Shown: positions 1 to 9,243 of the stretch, in pieces
Layout of the letters: each line of letters opens with the position of its first letter
How positions within the stretch are numbered: the first letter of the stretch is position 1
From: Hyphococcus sp.
GTDB lineage: Bacteria > Pseudomonadota > Alphaproteobacteria > Caulobacterales > Parvularculaceae
Reading direction: 5' to 3'
Length of the DNA: 64,000 nt
Assembly: GCA_965267325.1 (NCBI GenBank)
Contig: OZ253943.1
Location: 2,322,627-2,386,626 of the forward strand
Notes under the pieces: model-generated
The model's database searches: none
What the model was told of the DNA's origin: nothing
Seen by the model: the letters and a program-made list of their open reading frames with translations, nothing else
Made by a program: the position numbers and the translations under genes

Positions 1-368
1 GTTTTTCTTTTCTGGCTTGGAATGAGATCAAGAAACAACATCCGCATGCGTAAGGGATCGACGCCCGGATCGATCGCGCGTTCGAGGTCGCAAATCCAGC
101 CGAGAAACGCCTGTTTTCCATGCCGGGTGAGCTCATAGGCCACCGCTTTACGACGCCCGACGGTGGCGTTTTTTGGGGCAAGATAACCCCGCGCGTGAAG
201 CCTCTTTACCGCGGGATAAATCGCGCCTGCGCTGCCGCTCCAGAACCGCGAGGGCGCGGCCGCGACGCTTTGCTTCAATTCGTAGGCGGTAATTGGGGCA
301 AATCTCGCAACCTTCGCCAACAAAAGGCCCTCTAACTCGGTGAGCTCGGCATCCGTCGAATTCGTCAT
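1..368 (-). CDS. PadR-family transcriptional regulator, 3' end runs off the window (not in the ORF track)
   Basis: Manual translation from ATG at 368: MTNSTDAELTELEGLLLAKVARFAPITAYELKQ...FWSGSAGAIYPAVKRLHARGYL...VAYELTRHGKQAFLGW. This fits a PadR winged helix (S-G-x-IYP-x-L/V-x-RL). Divergent from the protease gene. Confidence 0.85.
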   Translation of the reverse strand, partial: MTNSTDAELTELEGLLLAKVARFAPITAYELKQSVAAAPSRFWSGSAGAIYPAVKRLHARGYLAPKNATVGRRKAVAYELTRHGKQAFLGWICDLERAIDPGVDPLRMRMLFLDLIPSQKRK

Positions 369-433
369 AAAAAATTCTTCACAAGGCTCGTCTTCTTATG
401 TTACTAATCGTAACAAATCAACGTGGTGGTGAC

Positions 434-1315
434 ATGAAACTCCTGATTCTGCCGATAATAGCTGTGTTTGCAGCGGGCTGCACGTCAACAAGAGGCGCCG
501 AGATTACGGAGGCGCCGATGGATGTCTCAAGCGGAAGGCCGATGGTTGAAATCATGATCAACGGCCAAGGGCCGTTTCAGTTCATTGTCGACACTGGAAT
601 GCCCAAAGGCGGAATGATCAATGCTGCAATTATTGAAGCGCTTAACGTAGAATCTGTCGGTCAACGCGAAATCAACAGCCCGCTTGGCGGCGCGCCGGTC
701 TCTTCTGACCTTTATCAAGTCGATACGATCAGCATTGGCGGCGCCGAGAGCCATGATATCACGCTCGATCACATCAAGGGCGAAGTTACCGATAGATTGG
801 GCGCCGGCGTTATTGGGCCGTCTTTGTTTGACGAGGGTCTTGTGACCCTCGATTTTCAGCGAAATGTTATGCGCATTGGCGGCGAGGCGCCAAAGGATGT
901 CACGTGGATCGGCTTCGGCGAAAGCGCGCCGATACTCGACGGCATTGTCACGATCGAGAGTGTTGAGATGCCGGCGCATATCGACACTGGCGCGCCGCAT
1001 GCCCTTACTTTGCCGGAAAGCTACGCCGACGAGCTTCAGCTTGATGGTCCGCTAGAGGTGATCGGTCGCGGGCGCACTATCGACAAGGAATTTGAGATCA
1101 CCCGCGCGCCGCTGGATACTGTTGCGACCATTGGCGATGCCTCTATTCCGCTTAAGAACGTCATGTTTGGCCCGTTTCCTGTCGTAAATTTGGGGACGGG
1201 CGGACTCCGCGGGCTTGTCCTGACCATAGACTGGCCGAACGAACGGTACGCAATAGTTGGCGAAGCAATGCCGGCGGAACTGCAATCGCGACAAGTCAGG
1301 CGGCAGCCAGATTAG
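434..1315 (+). CDS. Lipoprotein aspartyl protease with two retropepsin-like domains
   Basis: Signal peptide with lipobox MKLLILPIIAVFAAGC; two DTG motifs (FIVDTG, AHIDTG); GVIG and NLG flap-like motifs. Confidence 0.85.
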   Translation: MKLLILPIIAVFAAGCTSTRGAEITEAPMDVSSGRPMVEIMINGQGPFQFIVDTGMPKGGMINAAIIEALNVESVGQREINSPLGGAPVSSDLYQVDTISIGGAESHDITLDHIKGEVTDRLGAGVIGPSLFDEGLVTLDFQRNVMRIGGEAPKDVTWIGFGESAPILDGIVTIESVEMPAHIDTGAPHALTLPESYADELQLDGPLEVIGRGRTIDKEFEITRAPLDTVATIGDASIPLKNVMFGPFPVVNLGTGGLRGLVLTIDWPNERYAIVGEAMPAELQSRQVRRQPD

Positions 1316-1336
1316 TTGTCTGACATCTTTTTTTTT

Positions 1337-1367
1337 GAATGTCTGTTTTGGGCCGAAACGGACATTC
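1337..1367. repeat. Palindromic repeat family, copy 1
   Basis: GAATGTCTGTTTTGGGCCGAAACGGACATTC; arms gaatgtc/gacattc and gttt/aaac. Confidence 0.75.
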
Positions 1368-1437
1368 GGTATGCCGGCGCCTGATGTGCAAACCGCGCAA
1401 AGAGGGAGCACATGGAAGAAAATGGTTGCGCCGCATG

Positions 1438-2349
1438 TCAGCCGAGCGCGTCGACTTCCTGTGCGAGCGAAGCGTAGTCGGCGTGCCCCGTTGCCGGCGC
1501 GACCTGCTCCGCCCAGAGTGAATCGATTTGCTCGGCGATGGTTTGCGGGATTTGACTTGCGTCGCTGCTTTTCGCCTGGACTTTTGTTGAATCGCTGTTG
1601 GCGGGGATACCGAGCCTTTGGTCCATCACAGCGCAAACCATTGCATCGTCGAACTTGTCCTTTTGGGCGTGCATAAATTCGCGGCTGGTATGCTCGTCAA
1701 CCAAATCCAACAATGCCGGCGTCAGCTCTATTTCAAGAAACGCAGCCAATCGATTGATCATCGCGCGCCGGTCGCGCGCAGCATTGCGATAGGTCGCCAA
1801 CAGCGTGTCCGCCTCGCCGCGTCGCCGCCACCAGCTAAGCAGGTGCGTAAAGTAATCGCAGCCCCCGGGACCGCCTGACATCCAAAGGGGAAAGAAATCT
1901 TCAAGCGATACCGATCCGCTTTCCAAATGCCAGCCGTCGAAGAAGCGATAGAAAGAAACGTAGGTTTCCTTCGGATCGCGCAACGTCACCACATATCTCA
2001 TTCCCGCCGGCAAACGTTCATATTCGCGATGAGATTTGAAACCGCGCGGGGTCGCGCGTTGCGGCGCCGTCAAATCGAGATCGAGCATCAACGCCGTGTC
2101 CTCCCAGGGGACGACGCGGCTGATATCGTCGAAATCCATGTCGCCGGCGCCGGTCGCTTCGCCCATGCGCAGTTGGTGAAACATCTGCTGCATCAAGGTG
2201 GTGCCGCTTTTCGCCCATGGGGTGATGAAAACATCGCCGGGGCGCGCGGAAAGCGCCTGGTAATTGACCGGCTCGACCTCATTGAGGGCGGTCATGTTGA
2301 GGACCAATTCTTCTACGTTGCGCGCACGGCGCCCCAATCCCTTCGACAT
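1438..2349 (-). CDS. PAPS-dependent sulfotransferase (Sulfotransfer_1 type)
   Basis: 5'-PSB loop TPWAKSGTTL, FKSH, 3'-PB motif VTLRDPKETYVS. Confidence 0.85.
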   Translation of the reverse strand: MSKGLGRRARNVEELVLNMTALNEVEPVNYQALSARPGDVFITPWAKSGTTLMQQMFHQLRMGEATGAGDMDFDDISRVVPWEDTALMLDLDLTAPQRATPRGFKSHREYERLPAGMRYVVTLRDPKETYVSFYRFFDGWHLESGSVSLEDFFPLWMSGGPGGCDYFTHLLSWWRRRGEADTLLATYRNAARDRRAMINRLAAFLEIELTPALLDLVDEHTSREFMHAQKDKFDDAMVCAVMDQRLGIPANSDSTKVQAKSSDASQIPQTIAEQIDSLWAEQVAPATGHADYASLAQEVDALG

Positions 2350-2488
2350 AATCGATTGCCCCCTTCCAAGCCTTTGCCAATTGCCCAGCTGCGATCATGG
2401 CGCGCTGCTGCAACAAAAGCCAGGGATTCGCGCATAGGCGCAATTATCCGCCTGGGAACATGGACGCTTTGCCGGAGGTCTCTTTCGT

Positions 2489-3106
2489 CTAATTGGTCAC
2501 GCGCATCATTTTAAATGCAGAGAACAATAATGCGCCGCCGGCGGCCGTATTTATGCTTTTGATCGCCCAGGCTTTGACGCCGCTTCTGGAGACAGTCGCT
2601 CCCAAAAAAGAGTAGATCGAATAGGCTGCGAAATCGAGAGCGAGCGTAGTCGCCCCCATAATCAAAAACTGCAATGCGATAGGCCCGTTCACATTCAGGA
2701 ATTGGGGCAATATGGCTGCAAAATATAAAAGCGCTTTGGGGTTTGCAAATTCCACCACAAAGCCTTTGGTGAATAAGAGCCGCGCGCTTTCACGGCGCCC
2801 TTGTTTCACTTTGAAACCACCGGTTTTGCTGAAGATCGCCGACAGACCGAGATAGCAGAGATACGCTATGCCCACCCATTTGATGACAGTGAACAGGGCA
2901 TTTGACGCGATGATGATAGAGGCAATGCCTGTCGCCGATAGCGCGAAATAAATAGCATTAGCGCTGGCGATGCCGAAGACGCCGAATTGCGCCCGGCGCA
3001 CGCCATTGCCCGAACCCTGGGCGGCGATCGTGATGGCTGCGGGTCCTGGCGAAAAGACGACAACGGCTGTGGTCGCCAAAAACAGGAAGTAAGTGCTAAG
3101 TTCCAT
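2489..3106 (-). CDS. LysE/RhtB family amino-acid exporter
   Basis: FSPGP, G-x-x-YL-x-YLG and F-x-NPKALLYF motifs; 205 aa, hydrophobic. Confidence 0.9.
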   Translation of the reverse strand: MELSTYFLFLATTAVVVFSPGPAAITIAAQGSGNGVRRAQFGVFGIASANAIYFALSATGIASIIIASNALFTVIKWVGIAYLCYLGLSAIFSKTGGFKVKQGRRESARLLFTKGFVVEFANPKALLYFAAILPQFLNVNGPIALQFLIMGATTLALDFAAYSIYSFLGATVSRSGVKAWAIKSINTAAGGALLFSAFKMMRVTN

Positions 3107-3252
3107 CAGCCGCTCCTCGTGCTGCGGCTAAAACTATAAGAATGGCCCTGGCGCAGGCGCCACCAGCAAGATGTCTGGCGCGCCGGAAAGAATCCGGCGA
3201 GCGTGACAGAATGTCGGTCTATCAGTGACGGTAAAACAGCGGCGGTCGAACA

Positions 3253-3696
3253 ATGAGCAAAGCCCATCTGGACCCGAAGGACCTTTTGCTGCTCAGGGCG
3301 CTGAAGAAAAACGCGCGCGCCAGCCTGGTCTCTCTCGCCCGGGAAATCGACCTGTCGCGCAGCGCCACCCATGATCGCATCGCCAAGCTGGAAGAAGCCG
3401 GCGTCATTGCGGGCTACACCATCGAAGTCGATGACGAGGCCCTGCCGACCATCCGCGCCTTTATGACCATCCAGTTTGAGATTGGCGCCGGCCAGACCGA
3501 TGTTGTGACCGCCATCTCTGAACTTCCGGGTGTTGAATCGGCCAATTGCGTCACCGGGGATATTGATATGATTGTTTATTGCGAATGCGACTCGATGAGC
3601 GCGCTTGCCCATATTCGCGATGCAATCGCGCAATTTGACGGCGTGACCCATGTGAGCACGCGGCAAATCCTGTCGACATCAAGGTCAAAGAGCTAG
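3253..3696 (+). CDS. Lrp/AsnC family regulator, divergent from the LysE gene
   Basis: LD-x-x-D-x-x-LL...NAR...LA...LS...RI-x-KLEE-x-GVI-x-GY; C-terminal VTGDID motif. Confidence 0.9.
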   Translation: MSKAHLDPKDLLLLRALKKNARASLVSLAREIDLSRSATHDRIAKLEEAGVIAGYTIEVDDEALPTIRAFMTIQFEIGAGQTDVVTAISELPGVESANCVTGDIDMIVYCECDSMSALAHIRDAIAQFDGVTHVSTRQILSTSRSKS

Positions 3697-3750
3697 CTTC
3701 GGCCGGTCGCGCTGCATTCGGCTAAAGCCATCATTTCGCATTGACGTTGC

Positions 3751-3782
3751 GAGTGGCCGGTTTGGGCCAAGAGTGGTCATTG
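3751..3782. repeat. Palindromic repeat family, copy 2 (a more decayed copy lies at about 3705-3736)
   Basis: GAGTGGCCGGTTTGGGCCAAGAGTGGTCATTG; same TTTGGGCC core and GGTCATT right arm. Confidence 0.55.
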
Positions 3783-3789
3783 CGCCCGA

Positions 3790-4113
3790 CTAATCGTCGT
3801 TTGAGGATTGCTCGACGATTGTACCTAGTAGTTTGCCGGAATCTGGATCGTACAATCGCAACTCAATGCCATTTTCTGTTTCGACACGAACGATGATTTC
3901 CAAACGTGTCGAGTAGTCGATAGTTGCCGGAAGTTTCTCATCGTTCAAATCAATGAGATAAGGTGCGCGATTTGTGTTGGCGAATAGCCACAAAATTGCT
4001 GCGCCCCAGAAAATAACTATCACGAACAGGGAAATGTTGGAAAACCAGTTTTTTCCTCGCTCATGTAATTTGACATGATATACTCGATCATCATCCATTG
4101 TTTTCCCCTCCAA
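3790..4113 (-). CDS. Small single-TM hypothetical protein
   Basis: ORF with one hydrophobic helix (ISLFVIVIFWGAAILWLF); AT-richer than its neighbours. Confidence 0.6.
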   Translation of the reverse strand: MEGKTMDDDRVYHVKLHERGKNWFSNISLFVIVIFWGAAILWLFANTNRAPYLIDLNDEKLPATIDYSTRLEIIVRVETENGIELRLYDPDSGKLLGTIVEQSSNDD

Positions 4114-4157
4114 TTCGCTGACACCGCATTGATAACATCAACTTAGCATTTACAATG

Positions 4158-4187
4158 CAATGTCCAATGTTCGCCAATAGACGACAC
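4158..4187. repeat. Palindromic repeat family, copy 3 (degenerate)
   Basis: CAATGTCCAATGTTCGCCAATAGACGACAC; AATGTCC left arm retained. Confidence 0.4.
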
Positions 4188-4209
4188 AAGAAAGGCGTGC
4201 GGCACGAAC

Positions 4210-4545
4210 CTATAGCCCGTCGACTTCAAATGGTTTTGGTCCACCCGGTTTTGGGCTCTCTCCCAAGGCAATTGCTTGGTACTCGCAGTTGGTTCGATCA
4301 TAGAAAACAGTGATGTGAACCCGCTCGTCAGGGGCCGGTGACCGAAATTTCACTGCCCATGAATTGTGTTCTTCTACGATACTCGCTGGGTAATCCGTGT
4401 AGTCTTGATAGTCGTCAAAATTTTCCCGTGCTATTTCGCGCGCGGATTCTATCAGTATTTCCGGATGGCATTTATCGATGTGCCTGGCGGTCGAGCCGCA
4501 ACCTTGTATCAAAACGATCATTCCCAACCCGAAAAGAACACGCAT
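4210..4545 (-). CDS. Small hypothetical lipoprotein
   Basis: ATG at 4545 gives MRVLFGLGMIVLIQGC (lipobox-like) followed by a ~95-aa soluble domain. Confidence 0.6.
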   Translation of the reverse strand: MRVLFGLGMIVLIQGCGSTARHIDKCHPEILIESAREIARENFDDYQDYTDYPASIVEEHNSWAVKFRSPAPDERVHITVFYDRTNCEYQAIALGESPKPGGPKPFEVDGL

Positions 4546-4628
4546 TTTGGCCAACACAATGTTTTGAATCAAAAATCCAAGTCTACAAAGTAAATCATCA
4601 TGAGTGTTACATCGCAGAAGGAATTGTT

Positions 4629-4660
4629 CAATGTCCGTTATTGGCCAAAATCGGTCATTC
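4629..4660. repeat. Palindromic repeat family, copy 4
   Basis: CAATGTCCGTTATTGGCCAAAATCGGTCATTC. Confidence 0.7.
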
Positions 4661-4724
4661 GATACGCCGTTTCGAATCACCTTAACCTGTGACGTTCGAC
4701 AGACCCCTTAAGTCGATGTGTACC

Positions 4725-4764
4725 GCGCCGCCTCTTGCGTTCCCCTTCCACTCAGAGGCGGCGC
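4725..4764. other. Perfect 11-bp GC-rich stem-loop (terminator or sRNA part)
   Basis: GCGCCGCCTCT-N18-AGAGGCGGCGC; loop TGCGTTCCCCTTCCACTC. Confidence 0.5.
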
Positions 4765-4940
4765 ACTTATTTGACTATAATTGGTCCTCCAAAGCATCCC
4801 AGGCCTCAGCCAATTGTTGAGCGTGTGGGCGGTCAGCCGCCTACGAGCGCATTCTGGAACCAATGGACGGGGAAGATTGGTGTAACCTCGAAAGAGGTGT
4901 AGGCTTTGCCGGTTGCCTGTTACGTCGGGGAGGATCAAAC

Positions 4941-5498
4941 ATGGCGCTCAATCTCAAAACGCTAGTCCTGGCCGCAATTGGATCGATTGGCGCCGGCGCT
5001 GCCGCTCATGCGGAGCCGATCGTACGAAATGCATCGCTCTTTGAAACACTTTCCATAGAAGGCGTGAGCCTCGCCACAACACCGAGAGAGGCGTTCGATA
5101 CTCTTTACGCAAACGGATACACCGCCGGCGACATCACGGCCTACGAAGATTGGGATCATGGCTCAATCAACATGGTGCGCGGCGAATATGGAGGACCGGA
5201 AGGGTACTCCTCTATCAACCTCGGGCGCGCGGACGGCCACCTTGCATTGATCTCTCAGTCGCTCAATAGCCGCGGCATCGATGCGGCTTCAGAAATCGGC
5301 GCCGTGCAGTCGCATTTCGGCATTGCCGACGATGAGCCGGACTGCCGGATGAACGGGGCGGGCACGAGCGGCAGTTGCCAGGTGCGCGATTCAGAAGATC
5401 GCGCGGCGGCGAAAATGATTTTCACGATGACGGCGCAATCGACGATGATCTTGCGTTCCGTCTCGAGACCTCAAGAGCTTGTCAAAACGCTTGAGTGA
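4941..5498 (+). CDS. Secreted hypothetical protein
   Basis: RBS GGGGAGGA; signal peptide MALNLKTLVLAAIGSIGAGAAAHA; paired Cys (DCRM...SCQV). Confidence 0.75.
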   Translation: MALNLKTLVLAAIGSIGAGAAAHAEPIVRNASLFETLSIEGVSLATTPREAFDTLYANGYTAGDITAYEDWDHGSINMVRGEYGGPEGYSSINLGRADGHLALISQSLNSRGIDAASEIGAVQSHFGIADDEPDCRMNGAGTSGSCQVRDSEDRAAAKMIFTMTAQSTMILRSVSRPQELVKTLE

Positions 5499-5590
5499 CG
5501 GGTGCTCTATGCTCGCTGGTTTTCAGAAGACCGGCGCTATCATAATCTCCGAATGATCGGCGGGCGCTCAGGCTGGTCGGGGATTTCATT

Positions 5591-5620
5591 TAATTAGTCC
5601 TTCGCCGGAAGCGGGCATTC
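5591..5620. repeat. Palindromic repeat family, copy 5 (right arm only well preserved)
   Basis: ...CGCCGGAAGCGGGCATTC matches the right-arm consensus AAGCGGACATTC. Confidence 0.4.
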
Positions 5621-5676
5621 GCGCGTTACCGCCAGAACGCGAGCGGTGAGTAAAAACCGTACAGGTTCAAGCGATG

Positions 5677-6039
5677 TCAGGCAAAAAAGAGCCGAATTAA
5701 GTTGAAAAAGAGAGCCCCGGCATATAGCGCGGTGAATAACGTCAGCACCCAATAAATTGCGAACACAGGAAAGTTCTTTTTGACAAAAATTGGGTTTTCC
5801 GCGATGTCTTTTTTAATTCGCGCAGGGTTGCGTCGTTCTTTGCCTGCCAAAATTCTTACATAGTATTTGCCTAGGTGTAGCCGCAGGTCAGCATGCTCAA
5901 CATCTGTTGCGCTTCGGATAAGGGCCGCCTCAATAGATTTTTGCTGCTCTTCGGAAAGCGCCGCTTTTGCATCAGGATTAACTTCTTCCCAGAACCAATT
6001 CAGACGCTGATTGGGAATTGTAATTTCGCTATTGGACAT
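5677..6039 (-). CDS. Hypothetical protein with a C-terminal TM helix
   Basis: G-rich RBS before ATG 6039; 120-aa AT-rich ORF; motif DLRLHLGKYYVRILAGKERR. Confidence 0.7.
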   Translation of the reverse strand: MSNSEITIPNQRLNWFWEEVNPDAKAALSEEQQKSIEAALIRSATDVEHADLRLHLGKYYVRILAGKERRNPARIKKDIAENPIFVKKNFPVFAIYWVLTLFTALYAGALFFNLIRLFFA

Positions 6040-6301
6040 TTCCCCCCCCTTAAAACAGATACGAGCACATGATCCATGGATTGCCGCGACGCCGCCGACG
6101 ACCCAGTTGTTTCCATAGCGCACTGGTATGAAGGCTGACCCTATTTTTTACCGATAATTTGAAAGAACATTTCGCGATCATATCTATCAACTGACAACGA
6201 GTTTTTTTGGATCGTCCGGGATTTGGCGAAAAATTGATATGTGTACTTTTCTGAGAATCGCCGGTTGCCGGAATTACAGTGACATTAGCTACTCCGGATG
6301 C

Positions 6302-6333
6302 GGATGACCCTTTGGACCCAATAAGGGACATCC
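6302..6333. repeat. Palindromic repeat family, copy 6
   Basis: GGATGACCCTTTGGACCCAATAAGGGACATCC; arms ggatg/catcc and ccctt/aaggg. Confidence 0.55.
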
Positions 6334-6399
6334 AGGTTGCCCGCGCCCTTAATAGTCCGCGAGAAGAGATGTTAGCTCGCGCTCGAAGCAAGCCGTTCT

Positions 6400-7278
6400 T
6401 CAACTTTCGCCGCTCTTCTCATCCAATATGCCCGTTGCGGCGATTTCCTTTGCGAACGCATGGAATCCTCTAGGGCTGTTTCCGGTCGCAAGCTTGATGT
6501 CATCACTGAGGCTGGACGCATGCCCCTCCCGAAAGTAACGCTCGAGATCGAGCATCCTGTCAGCGAGTTCCTCAGGCATGCCGCCGCCGACCATCGCTCC
6601 TTTCAGGTCGGCTGGAGAAAGGCTGACGTGATTGATTTGGCGGCCCAGCACTGTTGATAGCTCTGCGGCCAGTTGATCGTAGGAAAACGCTTCGGGGCCC
6701 GTCAGCGTGTATGCTTTGCCATTATGGTCATCGGTCGTTAGCGCGCTGACAGCAACGGCAGCAATATCTCGAACGTCCACATGGCCGATCGACCCGTTTT
6801 CGCTTGCGCTGTAAAAAGCGTTTTCGGCTGCAATGGTCGGGCTCATAAACGTTACGACATTTTGCATGAAGCTGTTTGGGCGAAGAAATGTCCATGACAG
6901 GCCGCTCGACTCGATGGCCCTTTCCACGGGTCGGTGAATTTTCGCCAGGCTGTATGATTCATCCTCCGCGCCCATTACCGATTGCTTGACGATGTAGCGG
7001 ACGCCGCTCGCTCTAGCTGCCTCGACTGCGTTTAGCTCGAGTTTTGTTTGGTTCAAATCATTCGGGCCAAGGAGAAACAGTCTGTCGCAACCGTTAAAGG
7101 CCTTCGCCAACGTCTCCGGTTCGTTGTAGTCGATGACGACCGCATCGATTCCTTCCGCGTTCGCGTCGTCCGCCTTTTGCTTTGAATTGTAAGCAGCCCG
7201 AAATTGCACGTTCTTTGACTGCAGCTGTCTCAACACTTCGCTGCCGACGGTGCCGCCGGCTCCTGTAATGCAAATCAT
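6400..7278 (-). CDS. NmrA-like / atypical SDR NAD(P)-binding oxidoreductase
   Basis: N-terminal ITGAGGTVG, LRPNSFMQN, GHVDVRDIA and YTLTGPE motifs. Confidence 0.9.
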   Translation of the reverse strand: MICITGAGGTVGSEVLRQLQSKNVQFRAAYNSKQKADDANAEGIDAVVIDYNEPETLAKAFNGCDRLFLLGPNDLNQTKLELNAVEAARASGVRYIVKQSVMGAEDESYSLAKIHRPVERAIESSGLSWTFLRPNSFMQNVVTFMSPTIAAENAFYSASENGSIGHVDVRDIAAVAVSALTTDDHNGKAYTLTGPEAFSYDQLAAELSTVLGRQINHVSLSPADLKGAMVGGGMPEELADRMLDLERYFREGHASSLSDDIKLATGNSPRGFHAFAKEIAATGILDEKSGES

Positions 7279-7317
7279 GGCGTAGATGACTCCTTCATTG
7301 ATCTCGTTTTCCGCGTC

Positions 7318-7794
7318 TCAGATCGCGATGATGAAAAAAATGCACGCAACAATTGAAACGACAGTTCGCACATGGTTCCACGGCGTCCAATTGCGCAGAT
7401 ACCGGTCCCACATTTCAGCCCCGCTCGCAGAACTTGCGTCGACGGCTTTCAGCTTGTTGTTCAACGGCACGTTGAAGAACACCGTCACCAAAAACATTCC
7501 GACAAAGTACGTTGCGCCGCCAATCGCCATCCACAAAGCTCGGTCGGCCGACAAATCCGAAACGGCGATCAGGACCGAAATAACTGACGCCACCGACGTT
7601 CCGAAAAACAGAGGCATAAATGCCGAACGCAAAATGACGTCATTGATGGATTGCATCGCGCCAATCCCGGCCGCGGTGTCAATTTTTGCAAGAGACGACA
7701 TGACGAATGCTGAAAACGTGAAATACGCGCCCGCCATGACGCCGCATCCGACGGCGCAAAACCAAAGCAATGCCTGAATTGCCGTATCTGTCAT
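7318..7794 (-). CDS. DUF1772 / anthrone oxygenase-like membrane protein
   Basis: FTFSAFVMSSL, MQSIN, NVPLNNKL and W-x-x-WNHVRT motifs. Confidence 0.85.
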   Translation of the reverse strand: MTDTAIQALLWFCAVGCGVMAGAYFTFSAFVMSSLAKIDTAAGIGAMQSINDVILRSAFMPLFFGTSVASVISVLIAVSDLSADRALWMAIGGATYFVGMFLVTVFFNVPLNNKLKAVDASSASGAEMWDRYLRNWTPWNHVRTVVSIVACIFFIIAI

Positions 7795-8086
7795 CGGGTC
7801 CGCTCCTTCTTCAGCTCGAAAGCGCGCCGCTTCTCAATGCGCGCTTGATAGGGATGACTTATGAGAGCGACTGCGGACCGTCCATGTTCGCGCTATTCAA
7901 AATCATACGCGACCGTCTCAAACCGACAGATTCAAGCGATCCATGATCGTTTCGAAGGTAGTGGGGCGTGTGTATTTGCCACAAAGGGCGTAATAAGTGC
8001 GCCACAAAGCGCGCGCATGGTGACGAATTCCCTCGCATCGGTGTTGTTTGCGATCTAAAAATTTTTCCAGGTCGTAAAAGGTGAGA

Positions 8087-9043
8087 ATGGACGCGATTAC
8101 AAGTCTCCTGGAAGGAACGCGGGCGCGCGGCGCTTTTGCGCTGAAGTGCGTGATGAGCGAGCCTTGGGGGCTGCGCATATTGGCGCAATCGCCTGCGACT
8201 TTGCTTGTCGCGATCCAAAAGGATTTCTGGATCATCCCGGACAATGGAGAACCGCTTCACATCAAACCCGGCGATGTGGCGGTTACTCGTGCGCCCGACC
8301 ATTACAGCGTAGTGGCGACGCCCGACACGACGCCGGGAATTTTCATTCATCCGGGCCAGGATTGCCGCGACCGGGAAGGAAACTCCCTCCTGGAAGAGCT
8401 GACGCACGGCGTTCGCACTTGGGGAAACGACGCCAGGGGCGACTGCGTATTTATCGTCGGCGCTTATGAACATCTGAGCGCGGTCAGCGACAAGCTAACA
8501 AAGGCGATCCCCCCGGTATTGACGCTTAGTTCGAGCGACTGGGAATCTCCATTGGTTCCGTTTCTTGTCGACGAAGTGGTCAAGGATGAAGAAGGCCAGG
8601 CCGCCGTACTCGACCGGCTGCTGGATCTGTTGCTGACATCCGTTTTGAAGTCATGGATCGCCAAACGCGACGCAACGCAACCTCGCCAATGGCAATCGCA
8701 AGGCGACCCAATTGTCGAGCGCACCCTTCGCTTAATGCAAGAAGACCCTGGCCGCCCCTGGACAATTCAAATGCTCGCATCCGAGGCAAATACGTCACGC
8801 GCATCGCTTGCACGCCGCTTCAGCGAAATTGTCGGCGAACCGCCAATGTCTTTTTTGAAAAATTGGCGAATGGCGCTCGCCGCGGATTTGTTGACGCGGC
8901 CCGAGGAAACAGTTGGAACTGTTGCAGAGAAAATCGGCTATCGCAGCCCGTTCGCGTTCAGCGCCGCGTTCAAAAGACTGCGCGGCGTCAGCCCGTATGA
9001 ACATCGGGCGCTGGCGAAAGAGGGCGCGCTCGAAGTGATCTAG
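8087..9043 (+). CDS. AraC-family regulator (cupin N-terminus)
   Basis: PWTIQMLA...SRASLARRF...GEPPM-x-FL-x-x-WRM and GY-x-S-x-FAFS-x-AFKR-x-x-G double HTH; divergent from the DUF1772/NmrA genes. Confidence 0.9.
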   Translation: MDAITSLLEGTRARGAFALKCVMSEPWGLRILAQSPATLLVAIQKDFWIIPDNGEPLHIKPGDVAVTRAPDHYSVVATPDTTPGIFIHPGQDCRDREGNSLLEELTHGVRTWGNDARGDCVFIVGAYEHLSAVSDKLTKAIPPVLTLSSSDWESPLVPFLVDEVVKDEEGQAAVLDRLLDLLLTSVLKSWIAKRDATQPRQWQSQGDPIVERTLRLMQEDPGRPWTIQMLASEANTSRASLARRFSEIVGEPPMSFLKNWRMALAADLLTRPEETVGTVAEKIGYRSPFAFSAAFKRLRGVSPYEHRALAKEGALEVI

Positions 9044-9243
9044 ATCATTAATCGAGCCGGCGAGTGTCCGCCATGCACCCGAAGAATCAACAAATTCGTA
9101 TTTGCTTTCTTGCTTTGATGCAGAGCCTCCGGAATTGGCGCGTGATTGGCGGATCGTGCGAGAATGCCCTATGCTCTTTTGAGTAACGTCACACACCCTT
9201 TGGCATTGACCGGCCTCGACGACGCCATGTCTGAGTTGAAGCG

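Noticed and set aside
1339-1521. ORF starting MSVLGRNGH
   Set aside because: Its start is just the translated palindromic repeat; it overlaps the sulfotransferase 3' end
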